Source: Phaeosaccion multiseriatum
Lineage: Eukaryota > Protista > Ochrophyta, other classes
Assembly (NCBI GenBank): GCA_965112735.1
Contig: OZ218952.1
Coordinates: 1,736,001 to 1,800,000 of the forward strand
DNA length: 64,000 nt
Direction of reading: 5' to 3'
The notes under the pieces were generated by a model, which searched no databases, was not told the DNA's origin, and was given only the letters and a program-made list of their open reading frames with translations. Position 1 is the stretch's first letter. The number at the start of each line of letters is the position of its first letter. The position numbers and the translations under genes are program-made. Of the stretch, positions 47,034-58,493 are shown piece after piece.

Positions 47034-47997
47034 ATGTCGGCCGCTGTATTCAACGCGAGCAGTGTGGTATTCCTGGACGACCAGAAGCTGCCCAGCCCCA
47101 CCTCGGCGTTGGAGTGGGCCGTGTCTCCAGATGTGGTGCTCGGCCAGACGTGTGGCGACACACGGCTCGTGTCCAAGGAGAAGTTTATGACCAGCAGAAT
47201 CAACGACAACACCAGCTACTTCTTCACGTGGTTCTGTAAGCACTTCGCCCTCTCTCAGAAGGTGAGCGCGGAGCAAGATGTAGTACAATGCTACACTAAC
47301 CTGGTTTTCGTTGCCCCTTTCTTTGGCCGACAAATCCCCTGCCTTTTCCATGAATCGCTGCCTGCGGCCTGGCAAGTGTGTTTGAAAGAAGCCCGCTCTG
47401 ACCACGCAAGTTTCGCTCGTTCCCTGTGTCCTGATCACCCCCTCTGGCCATGTCTATTGATGTGCCCCTCCACCGACGACAAACCACCACCACAAACAAC
47501 AGGCCTTGAAGAGAGAGTGTCCCATTTGCCTGGAGTCCACCACGAACAGCATCGAGCTGTGCTGCGGACACGCCTTCTGCAGGACCTGCCTGGTGTCCTC
47601 GGCTGAGCTCAACTTCAACAGCTGTGCGCTGTGCCGCAAGGAGCAAGTCATCGACCCTGACGTCCTGCGCGCTCTCTTTGAGACGCAGCGCATGGCCAAC
47701 ATTGCGCGACGCATGCAGAGTGTGCAAGGCGGGGCCGGAGGGGCGGTCGCAGCAGTGGCGTGTGTGCCGGCGCCCCTCATCCCGGTGAGCGTAATGAGGG
47801 CAGCGCCCCCCCCGCAGGATTGGAGCCGAACCTCGACCCCGTCTCCACGAGTCGGGGGCAGTGGTAAGTGCGTTAGGGGGGCATGCACAGCAGGCAGCAT
47901 CAGCGGCAGCAGCGGCAGCTGTCAGACCACCCCCTTTGAGGACTGTTGCGAGGGCCACACGGAGGCGGATAAGGCCGTGGCGCAGGCACTCTTCCTC

Positions 47998-48033
<36 letters not shown>

Positions 48034-49515
48034 GTGGAGGTGGAGGAGGAGGAGGGGGAAGAGGAGGATGCCTTCGGCGGGGAAGCGGCGGGAGGGCTCT
48101 CTGCCGTGGACCTTCGCAGACGATGGAAGAAACGTGCCCTGCCTCTTCCGACTCCTCAGATGGACGTGGGGGGCCTCAGCGCTGTTGAATTGCACGAGCG
48201 CTTCCTGGCCTTGAGGCGCAGGGCCGCGTGCGCGGGGCCTCCCAAGCAGGGGCCTTTCCCTCCTCCTCTTCCTCTCCGTCTCCCGGGTTCTCTCCCTACG
48301 GGCGGAAAGCTGTCGTCGTCGTGCCCAGTTGGTGCTCCTCTTCTTGCCCCTGCTGCTGATCTGCAGGCAGAGGGGGAGCACGAGGACGAGGACGGCATCT
48401 CGCGTCAGGAGCTGCAGTGGCGATGGGAGTGGGCTAATCGGATGGGCAGGCTCGACGGGACTGGCGTGGGCGATCTGTCGCTCGCGGAGCTGAGCAGGCA
48501 CTCGAGTAGGACAACATCGAAGGGGCCCACCACCTTGCAGCAGCCCGTGGGACTGAAGCTGTATCCTGCGGGGCTTCAGGAGCAAGAGGAGGAGGAGGAG
48601 GAGGATGATGATGAAGAGGAGCAGGGGGCTGACGTGGGGGCTGTGCCGGTGTCCGAGTTGAAGGAGAGGTGGCTGCAACTTGGACTTGAATCGCACTTTG
48701 CTGGGGGGGGAGTGGGTGGACTGCCGCTGCCACAGCTCAGGGAGCGGTGGGCAAGTGGTGGAGAAGGACGGAAGCAGGGAGGTGACGTGGGAGCTGCACC
48801 GGTGTGCGAGATGAAGGGGAGGTGGCTGCAGCTCGGGCGTGAAGCGAGCTTTGCTGGGGAGGGAGTGGGCGGCCTCCCGCTGCCTCAGCTCAAGGAGCGG
48901 TGGACCAGTCCATACCTCAAGGGCGGTGGAGAAGGAGGTGACGTGGGGGCTGCATCGGTGTCTGAGATGAAGGAGCGATGGCTGCAGCTTGGGCGTGAAG
49001 CCCTCTTTGCCGGAGAGGGAGTGGGTGCGCTACCGCTGCCGCAGCTCAGGGAGCGGTGGGCAAATCTGTTCATCAAGGGTGGTGGAGGAGGAGCCGAGAA
49101 GGGAGGTGACGTGGGTGCTGCGTCGGTGTCTGAGATGAAGGAGAGGTGGCTGCAGCTTGGGCGTGAAGCGCGCTTTGCCGGAGAGGGAGTGGGTGCGCTG
49201 CGGCTGCCGCAGCTCAGGGAGCGGTGGGCAAATCTGTACATCACGGGCGGAGGTGCAGGCGGCGCCGGAGCTGAGCACCAGGAGCAGTCGGAAGGCAGCG
49301 TTGGGGCAATGCCAGTCTCCGAGCTGGGGTGTCGATGGGAGGCCCTCCTGAAGCAGGCGGTGGCCGATGAGAGTGTTGGGGGGCTCTCCCTGCGAGACGT
49401 ACGCAGGCGATGGATGGAGAGTGGCAGCAGCGATAGCGTGGGGGCGTTCACCCCGGCCCTGCTCAAGGCGAGGTGGGAGGAGGTCCAGCCACAGCCGCAG
49501 CCACAGGAGCTGTAA
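47034..49515 (+). CDS. C3HC4 RING-finger protein with ~15 C-terminal VGxLxxxELxxRW repeats
   Basis: Exon 47034-47261, intron 47262-47502, exon 47503-49515. RING: CPICLE..LCCGHAFCRTC..CALCR. Confidence 0.85.
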
Positions 49516-50164
49516 AGAGGTTAGGGAGCATTGCGTGAGAGAAGGCCGGGTGGGATAAGATGGGATTGGTAGGATAGGCCGTTTCTTCGCCCTCTCTCTC
49601 TCTCTGTGTGTGTGTGTGTGCTTTGAGAGTAGGACGGGGTTGGCAAGGAACATGGTTTTTGTTTGGCTATTGCCGAGCGATTGAGTGAGTCAATGGCGGG
49701 GCGAGTCGCCGTTCGTTCAGCAACGGAACAGACTCCAGGCCGTTGATAAATTAATTCGCTCACATGTAAATGATGGAAAACGCGTTTGAGGCGCTAGGTG
49801 GGGGTGTGGTGTATATTAGGAGGTTGAGGCGGCTTAGCGCAAAATGGAGGCATAGGGAGTTTAAAAGATTGGAGGGTGAAAGCAACACAAAAGTACAATA
49901 AGACTCACGAACACGCTCGTATTCCGTATTCCGGTTTGACCTTCGCTGCTATGGTATGTGAATGGAATTTTCAATGTTGAGACCCCCCCCTTGCCGTGTC
50001 CCAACATCATTCATCATTCATGCCCAGCCTCGCCAAATGGCACAGAGGTGGTTATCCGCAGGTGTTGGAAAGAAATAACTTTTCCGTTACCCCCCACCCT
50101 GCACCCCTCTTGGCTGTACATGCACGTCCTTCGCTGAGTAGCACGGTGCTGGGCGGTTGGTTAT

Positions 50165-51491
50165 TTAGGCCATCTCCAAAGCCACCTCGAGCATGGTCTC
50201 AGAGTCAACGTCCCTCTCTTGCGGCGGTACCCCCCTCTGCTTGCCAAAGGTGGGGTCGGTTACACGCATCAGGTCCAGGGCAGTCTGCGATGCAAAGTGC
50301 TCCCTTGCTACGGCGAGGAGGCGCTCTTGGTACTCACGGCCCAACCCACCTTGCCGTGCCTGGAGTAGAGCAGTGTCCAGCGATGCTCCTGCTGAGAGGA
50401 GCTGCAGAGCGATCCCACGATGGTGACGGATGATGGCAATGAGCAATGGGGAAGGGCCATCGCCCGCCATGCTCAGGGCATCACATGGAGACCCTGCGTC
50501 GAGAAGACGGGCCACCACCGCCCCGTGCCCTTCTACAGTAGCAAAGTGAAGCGCAGTGTATCCAGTGGAAACCTCCTTCCAGTCCACCTTGGCACCAGCA
50601 CGGAGAAGCCGCTTTACCACTGCATCGTGACCTTTCGAAGAGGCACAGGCGAGTGGAGGCCAACCCTTGCTATCCGTGGCGCCCACTGCGGCACCCGCCG
50701 AGAGGAGCTTGTCCACTACCTGAGCATGTCCCTCTATAGACGCAACCGAGAGCGGAGTGCGTCCCTGATGACCAACTTTTTCAAGGCTTGCGCCGGCTGA
50801 GAGCAGCTGCTGCACCACTTCACTATGCCCCACCCAAGACGCTACAAAAAGCGGAGTGGTTTTCTCCTTGCCCAACCCATCGATCAATGCCCCTCCTGCA
50901 ATGAGGCTCTGCACCACTGAACAATGACCTTTCTGGGACGCGATGTGGAGTGGAGAGATTCGATCCATAGACATCGAGTCCACGTCCGCGTTCGCCGAAA
51001 GCAGCGCCTCCACAACTTCGAAGTGACCATTTTGACTAGCGACAAAGAGAGGGCTGCATCCGTCGAAAGGTTTCTCGATTGATGCGCCTGCAGAGATGAG
51101 CCGCGTTACCACTGGTGTATGTCCGTTCTGTGATGCCATATGAAGTGGAGTACCTCCTTCGCGTCCTTGTGCATCAACAGATGCCCCAAGTGAGAGGAGA
51201 GCGTCAATAGCATCTGCTTGGCCCAGGTTAGCGGCAAAGAACATCAGGGTATGTCCTTTAATTATCGGACGATCAAGGCTTGCTTTGCCTTTCTTGGACA
51301 TGAGTTTCTTCGCAGCCGCCCTGACCTCCTCCTCGGCCATCCCACGCGATATGGCCCGAATCAGCCCCTGTGTCTGAAGGAGCAGGGCAGGCAATAGAGG
51401 CTGTGAGCTTTCCCATCCGTCTCATGCGTCTATCATCTATCCCTTTGTATTGGAAGGGACGCACCTCAGCTCCCAGCGCCCTCTCCGCCAT
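50165..51491 (-). CDS. Ankyrin-repeat protein (~9 repeats)
   Basis: GxTPLHxASxxGHxxVVxxLLxxGA repeats. Likely 27-nt first exon 51491-51465 (MAERALGAE) spliced to 51373; alternative ATG at 51340. Confidence 0.92.
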
Positions 51492-51851
51492 CCCTCGATC
51501 GACCAGTTTCTACAAACTAAGAGGGAGGAAAAGAGGGGAAAGGGAAAAGAGAAGACAGAAGAACCACACAATAAAAAAGTACGGCGGCTGTGCTCACTGT
51601 AGCCTCCTCTACACGCAGATATGACTTAATCCACGTCTCGATTTTAGACGTTTAGACTACTACAAGGTACAATGTACATGTACGGTGAAAAAAATGTGCC
51701 CTTATGGTGCCATCCACGCTACCTTGGATCACCAACTGTTTTTTTCTTTTCAAAACTCAAAACTCTCTTTCCTCCTTTCATCCTTCAAATCTCTCTTCCT
51801 CCTTTCATCCCGGTACGGTGGGGAGTCCCGTTGGTCAAGGGGGTGTCTCTG

Positions 51852-53681
51852 ATGGAGTTGGATGGTGAGGGCGGCCAGGGGGCTGCCCGGGAGGGGCCCG
51901 GCCAGAGGAATTGGCAGGAGCAGTGCCACAACGTGTTCGCAGTCCTTTTTGGTGCGCGTGGAATGAGCCTCCCAGCGGAAAGTGACACCCTTGTGAGGGA
52001 TGTCTCTGTGAGGGTGGGGGATACGGCGTCGGGGGAGGGGCTTGCTTTGAGTCAAGAGGAGAGAAGGACCCTTGAGGGCCTTGTAAAGGAGTGGATCCAG
52101 ACGGCTCGTTCTCAGCACACGAGGGATGGGAACGCTTTGTTGAAGGCTCATCCCGCAGTCATGGCTTTCCTTGAAGAGCCCGGGTATGGTGTGGGTTTGG
52201 AGGGTGCTGGTGCAGCCGCGAGAGTGCGGATGGCAGAGGGTTTGTACAAGGATACGGACGGGCGGGGAGAGCGGGAATTGGTGAAGGCGGTGGTCGCCCT
52301 GAGAAAGAAGGTCGTACAGGAGAGGTTGACGGCACTTGCGGCCGCTATGGAGGTACAGTGTCCTCAGCTCTTTGGGTTAGCCCTTAGCCAACGGCCCTCG
52401 GAGGAGGAGATGCAGACCGAGCTCGACAAATGGGTTGCTGGGTTGATGGCGAGTGATGTCGAGGAGGGGGTGAGATTCACCCGCTTGCACGAAGCGGGTG
52501 TTCTTAAGGACGTCTTTTGCAGCTGTTGGGATGAGAGGGAGGAGACAGCAGCCGGGAACCTTAGGGCGGAAATTGAGGTTCAATTGGAGGAGCAGCTTGC
52601 CGCGGCGAACGAGTGGCTCTGGGGTGGGGGGGAGGGATTGATTTGCTCGCACTGGGCAGGGTGGGATGCTGTTAGGGAGTGGGCAGATGGCGCGAAGAAG
52701 GGCAAGGATACTGTCATGGATATGTTCGTGGCCATCGCGAAGAGTGCTTACGACAAGGAAGTGAAGGACCGACAGGCTCGTTCCGAACAGCAAAGGATGG
52801 AACAGATTCACGGGCAGAAGGAGCTGGTGGCCAAGTTTCTTAAAGAAGGGCACAATGCTGCGGATCGGGCTATCTACGAGGTGTTCTTCAATCTTGAAGA
52901 CGAACAGAGCGAGGTGTCGCCGTTCCCTCCCGGCGGGGAGGCGAGGTCCTTCCTTCTGACTCTTTACGAGGACGATGGCAGTGTGCGGGACCTCCTCCGT
53001 GCCGGCTTCGATGCTCTGACGGATGTTTACAGTCTGCACGCGTGCGACGTGGAGTACGCATGGGGGAGTTGCGGCATGGCCCGAGAATATTCAGATGATA
53101 TCCTCCAGGCCTGGGAGGCCCTCCTCAAGAACGTGGAGGACTGTCCGGCAGTGATTGATGCGGCGAAGCGGACCCTATCGACTCCTCCCTTCGGGCTGTG
53201 TAGAAAGGACTGGACGACGATGATCCTGTCACTAGTTGTGGACGGGTTGCACCAGGGATGGGAGAAGTGGGTGAAGGCGGTGCGGGAACACATCAACTTT
53301 CGAGTCTCGGCGGACGAGGGGGTGGACCTTCGAACTCAGACCGAGCTCGACACCATATATTATTACGCCGGTGACTTGGTGAGGAGAATGCGTAAGACAT
53401 ATTGCGGAGCCAACCCCGACAGTCACAACGGCGCTGTGGAAGCGTTACCGCATGTGAAGGCTTTTCTCAAGGGGAACACTTACGCCGACAAGGAAGTCGC
53501 CGTGGATGTTGGGCTACCAACGGGGAAGATAGATGAGCTGTCGCAAGGGGATTTGGCCTACCCCTCTGTCGAGCTGTACTCTCTGATCTATGGCGAATAT
53601 CGTGCTAATAGGGCTGGCCCGAAGGGCCAGCCAATTAAATTCAAATTCCCCCACCTCAACTGGCGACTAGCTAGTGGATGA
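51852..53681 (+). CDS. Uncharacterised uninterrupted ORF; C-terminus resembles the P-element/THAP transposase C-terminal motif
   Basis: ~610 codons without microsatellites; IYYYAGDLVRRM...SQGDLAYPSVELY. No DDE core recognised. Confidence 0.55.
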   Translation: MELDGEGGQGAAREGPGQRNWQEQCHNVFAVLFGARGMSLPAESDTLVRDVSVRVGDTASGEGLALSQEERRTLEGLVKEWIQTARSQHTRDGNALLKAHPAVMAFLEEPGYGVGLEGAGAAARVRMAEGLYKDTDGRGERELVKAVVALRKKVVQERLTALAAAMEVQCPQLFGLALSQRPSEEEMQTELDKWVAGLMASDVEEGVRFTRLHEAGVLKDVFCSCWDEREETAAGNLRAEIEVQLEEQLAAANEWLWGGGEGLICSHWAGWDAVREWADGAKKGKDTVMDMFVAIAKSAYDKEVKDRQARSEQQRMEQIHGQKELVAKFLKEGHNAADRAIYEVFFNLEDEQSEVSPFPPGGEARSFLLTLYEDDGSVRDLLRAGFDALTDVYSLHACDVEYAWGSCGMAREYSDDILQAWEALLKNVEDCPAVIDAAKRTLSTPPFGLCRKDWTTMILSLVVDGLHQGWEKWVKAVREHINFRVSADEGVDLRTQTELDTIYYYAGDLVRRMRKTYCGANPDSHNGAVEALPHVKAFLKGNTYADKEVAVDVGLPTGKIDELSQGDLAYPSVELYSLIYGEYRANRAGPKGQPIKFKFPHLNWRLASG

Positions 53682-54444
53682 ACAACATGCAAAGAGCTTT
53701 GCCCCCCCTTTATTTTCACTTTCTTGGCTTCCCTAAGGCCCAGAAGTTGCGAATGAACTGCAAAGATCACACCCACAAGCCCCACCATACATCTTGCTGG
53801 CGGACTGGCTCTCTGGAATGAGCTCGCCCTTGCGATTGCGCTTCCTGGGCCGCTTCTCGGTATCGGGCACGGCGCAAGTCTTCTTCTTCCCTGTGTGCAT
53901 GCTCACGCCACCCCTCCGAGCCTCCTGATAATGCCCGCACGTCTTGGAACAGGAAAACTTACGGACCGACGCTTGTCAAGTCCATTAAGTTCGATTGTCG
54001 GTGGGACAGCGTTATTCAGACGCGCTTCTTGGGCTGCTGCACGCCCCTCTTCAGGTCGCTTTGTGCCCTCCTGTCGGACGGTGAAGACGACGGGGATGGG
54101 GCAGTGGAGGGGGGGGTGGAGTCCGGCGAGGACGCCCAGCTGCCACTACTGGATGAGGAGAGAGACGTTCTGACCGACATTATAGACTGTTTCAGCGCGT
54201 CTACCGGTATTGATGCTGTCGAAGCGGATGCCAACAGTATCGGGGGGGGGGAGTAAAAAAGGAAAATTACGTAACCTTTTTTTCTTCACACAGTTTCACA
54301 AGTTTGAATGTGCCTAACCGAGTAAAATGGGATTTTTTCCCCTTCCTTCTCCTTCTTTTACACTTCCAGTACCTTGCCAGATAGTATGCCGTCTCCCTCA
54401 GCGGGAGAGGTGGCGGAAAGGGGCCCATAGGCTGCCCGTCGGCA

Positions 54445-57400
54445 ATGCTCTCCTGGGGAACTTTGCTCTTTTTTGTGGCGGTCTTGCTGTGCTGCTTCAC
54501 CTCAGCAGAGGGCACGTCGGCTGCAAACGATCGATACCCTGGAGCATATTCCTTAAGCCTGGCTTCGGGCTCTGCTGTAACCAGCGGGACAACCTCGGGC
54601 TCTGCTGTCGACAGCACAGACGTGGGCCTGTATTGTGGAAGCTACATCCTTGCAGGTACGTACAGCCAGATGAGCGACTTCTGCTCTCTGCTTCCCTTGT
54701 GTGCCCTGGCTTACTAGCTGCTGACGTTTACAAACATCATGGTCAGCTTAACGGTAGTGAGAGTGCGAGCCGGGCAGTGCGAAGAGGGAATGCCCACACA
54801 CAAAAAAGGGGAACCAAAAGCGTGCAGCGCGAGCAGAGAATGTCCATCCACAAAAGAAGAGCAAGAGGACGGGAGAAGGAGGGTGTAGTGCGAGGACAGA
54901 ATGTCCACACACGCAAATAGAACAAGAGGGCGAAGAGGAGGGGACAAAGAGGGTACAGCGCGAAGGAGAATACGCACACACAAAGAGAGAAAAAGAAGAG
55001 ATGTACAAAGAGAGGCGGAGGCGTAAGTAGTCCAACGACTGGGCCATGACTCTCTCTCCTCGCACGCGTCCTCCCTGTCCTCCCAATCGTAAACCAAGGT
55101 GGTGTTTGGTACTCTGTGGAAGGAGATGGCTATGCGCTCACAGCCTCGCTATGCGGCTCCAACTACGACTCCCAAGTCTCCGTCTTCTACCAAGAGACAC
55201 TGGCCTGCGTTGGAGGCAACGACGACTCCTGTGACCTCAACGCAGGTAAGGCCTAGTAGAACGAGAAGTTCGGTTTCCATTATTACTTTTGTGTGTCACC
55301 CTTGTTGCGCAATTCCTCCCTGTCGATCCCCATCATCTCCTTCTGCCTCACACTCATTCTTTGGTTTTCCCTCCCTGCTTTTGTGCGCTCTCTCCTTCTC
55401 TCTGTGCACGTACGCATACCGTCAACACAGAGTACACGTGGAAGAGTACCGACCAAGAGACCTATCTGATCCTGGTCCACGGCTATAACACGGCCGAAGG
55501 AGACTTCCTCCTGAGCGTCGAGTCGACTGCGCCGGTCGCCACTCCTGCCCCCACCACCACACCCACCATCGCCCCTACCATCGCCCCTACTGTCGCCCCT
55601 ACTGTCGCCCCTACTGTCGCCCCCACCACCGCCGCACCCACCGCCGCACCCACTTCAGCGCCCACGACACTCGCGCCAACCGCGGCTCCGACACTTGCGG
55701 CAACTCCGGCTCCTTCGCCTTCGCCTCCGTACAGCGCTGACTCCATCTTGCTCACCCAGCGCTTTTCGGCGGATGTGGTCGCCACAACTGTTCTCTTGGG
55801 ATCTTCCTCATCATTATCCTCATCATCATCATCCAATGGCAGCGGCAGCGTCAATCGGCGACGCTTGCAGACTTCCTCCGCCTCCGCTTCAAACTCTACC
55901 ACTTGCAATGACGAGGCCATTGCGCTGCTTGCCTACAACGCCACCATGCAGGCTCTTTGGACAGTAGCTCAGAAGGCGGATGAGGAGTTTACCGCGTCTG
56001 CGGGAAGCAACTCCTCGCTCGGTTTCTTATCCACCGTTCAAATGCGGCTGTTCGAGCTTGAACCTTCGCCCCTCCTCACGGCAGAAGCCCCTTGCTCGTA
56101 CCTTCTCAACTACACGGCGAGTATAGCTTTTTCGCCTACAGATTCGATGGCAGTCTCGTCTTCTTCCTTATTGACAACAACGACAACAAGCATGGAACAA
56201 ATGGCACGAGCAGCGTTTTCGCTATTGGATAACGCCACCTACATGTCTCAGCTGCTGGTGGCGAGCTTCGAAGCTGGCCAAGTCAACACTAACCCCAACA
56301 GCAGCAGCGGCGGTGCCGACGCTAGCGGTGCCGACACGACGGACGCGGAATACACCACGGAATACACCGTCTCCATCTCGACAGCTTCGGCGGAGGTGAC
56401 TTCCTCTGTGCCCCTCCTCTTCACGCCAAACCCCTCTCCACCGACCATGACTCCAACCCCCTCTCCTACAACGAGTAGTAGTGGTGAAGACGAGTCTTCT
56501 TCTTCTCCTTCTTCTTCACCGCAAGCCTTGAGCGCGACTGCAGGCACGACTCTCGCCGTCACAGCAAGCGTCGCAGTGGCGGGTGCAGCAGCAGCCGCCA
56601 CCACTGCCGTCGGGGCGAGCGCAGGCGCCGGGTAAGAAGGAGAAGAGACCCCCCTGGGGCGGGATGAAGCCCTTCGTCGCATTTGGCGAGGCAAATATAA
56701 GGACTTGGAGTATTTAGCAAGGCTTCCCTTCACCCTCACCCCAACGCTCTCTGTCTTTTCTTTCTTTCCTTCTCACTCCCTCAATCTCTTCCCTCCCTCA
56801 CTCACTCACTCCCCCCCTCTCTCGTTATACGGCAGTGCTGCAGGGGCAGGTGGCGGAGGGGTGAGTGGAGCCGCTACCGCTCCAGGCTCTCCCAGCGGAG
56901 GAGGAGGAGGAGGGGGGGGGGAGGAGGAGGAGGCGGCGCAGAGGCGGGTACAGACGGCCTCAATCCGAGAAACCCCACGACGGAGGCGGGCAACAGCAGC
57001 AGCAAGTCCGCCTCGTCGTCCGCCTCCTTGCTAATGGTGTCTCAGGTGTGAGAGGCGCAGTGGGACTCGTTCCATTCCGTCCTTCTACAATTGCGCCACC
57101 GAAGGAAGAACGTGCTCTTCATGCCCTCTCACACTCTTCTCGTCTCTCCTGCCTCTCTTCTCTCTCTCTCTCTATATATATATTGGTATATTGTCATCTT
57201 CGTTGCCCTTTGTGAACAGATCCAGGTCATCTCTGTCATGGGATTCATCGCTCGAGACGGTGATGGTGATGGTGAGGACGAAGAAGGCGAGGGCAGCGAC
57301 CCAGGGGGCGGGGGGGGCTTCTCTGCTCTGGCAGAAGCCTTCAACGTCTTCAACCTCTGGTTCGAAACCGGCATACCCTTGCCGTGGTGAGTGATGAAGT

Positions 57401-58457
57401 GATGGTGCAGGCCAAAACCATATGCTTTTGTATTATCATTACACCCCTCCCCCTCTCCCCCCCCCCCATGCTCCTTTCTTCGTTACCCCCCCAAGTTCAC
57501 AACTACTTGCAATTGCCCTGGTTACGGTTACGGACCCACGGTGGACTGACAACGTTTTTGTTCAACGTGCTTTTACCAATCGAACAAGTACGAAACGACA
57601 CCATGCCATATGGCATCATTCCTGCTTCTGTTTCACATGTCCTCCCCTCTCTCCCCCGCCCTCCCTGGTGTCTATGTGTGCGTGTGTGTGTGTACGTGTG
57701 TGTGCGTGTGCGTGTGTGTGCTCGTGCGTGTATGCGCCTTGGCAGCGGCTCCATGAGTAGCGAGGACACCGCCTCGGCTCGGCACTTCCTGAGCAACTTC
57801 CTCGTGACTCTGTGCGTGCTTGCTGGCGTCACGTTTCTGCACCTCCTCGCCATCTCGAGGCAAGAGGCTAGCACCATTCTCCAGCAAAGGCTTCAAGAGA
57901 GGCAGGAGGGGGAGAAGGGGGAGGAGGAGCAGAGGAAGGGGGAGAAGGGGAAGGAGGAGCTTGACGTGAAGGGGGAGGAGGGGAAGAACGAGGAGCAACC
58001 CCAGGCTGACGACAACGAGGAGATGCGACTGAACGGCCGCGCCAGCGGTTGCAGCAGCTTCGTGGTCGTCAAGCACGGGGTGAGTGGGCTTATTTTTCTT
58101 AATAGACTATCTAGACAAGTGACCTCCTCCGAGTCCATCCATCCATCCATCCATCCATCCATCCATCCATCCATCCATCCATCCATCCATCCATCCATCC
58201 ATCCATCCATCCATCCATCCATCCATCCATCCATCCATCCATCCATCCATCCATCCATCCATCCATCCATCCATCCATCCATCCATCCATCCATCTTCGA
58301 TGTTCAGTCAGAATCTTCATGCTCTTCCCCCTCCTCTACGCGCACGTGTATCTGTCCTCTCCTGTTTTGCTGTGGTTTATTCTCTTCTCTTCTATCCTTT
58401 GGTCGATGGATGGATGGATGCATGGATGGATGGATGGATGGATGGATGGATGGATGG

Positions 58458-58493
<36 letters not shown>

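Noticed and set aside
51678-54295. Possible TIRs (GTGAAAAAAA vs TTTTTCTTCAC) around the transposase-like ORF
   Set aside because: Short, low-complexity and imperfect; no TSD.
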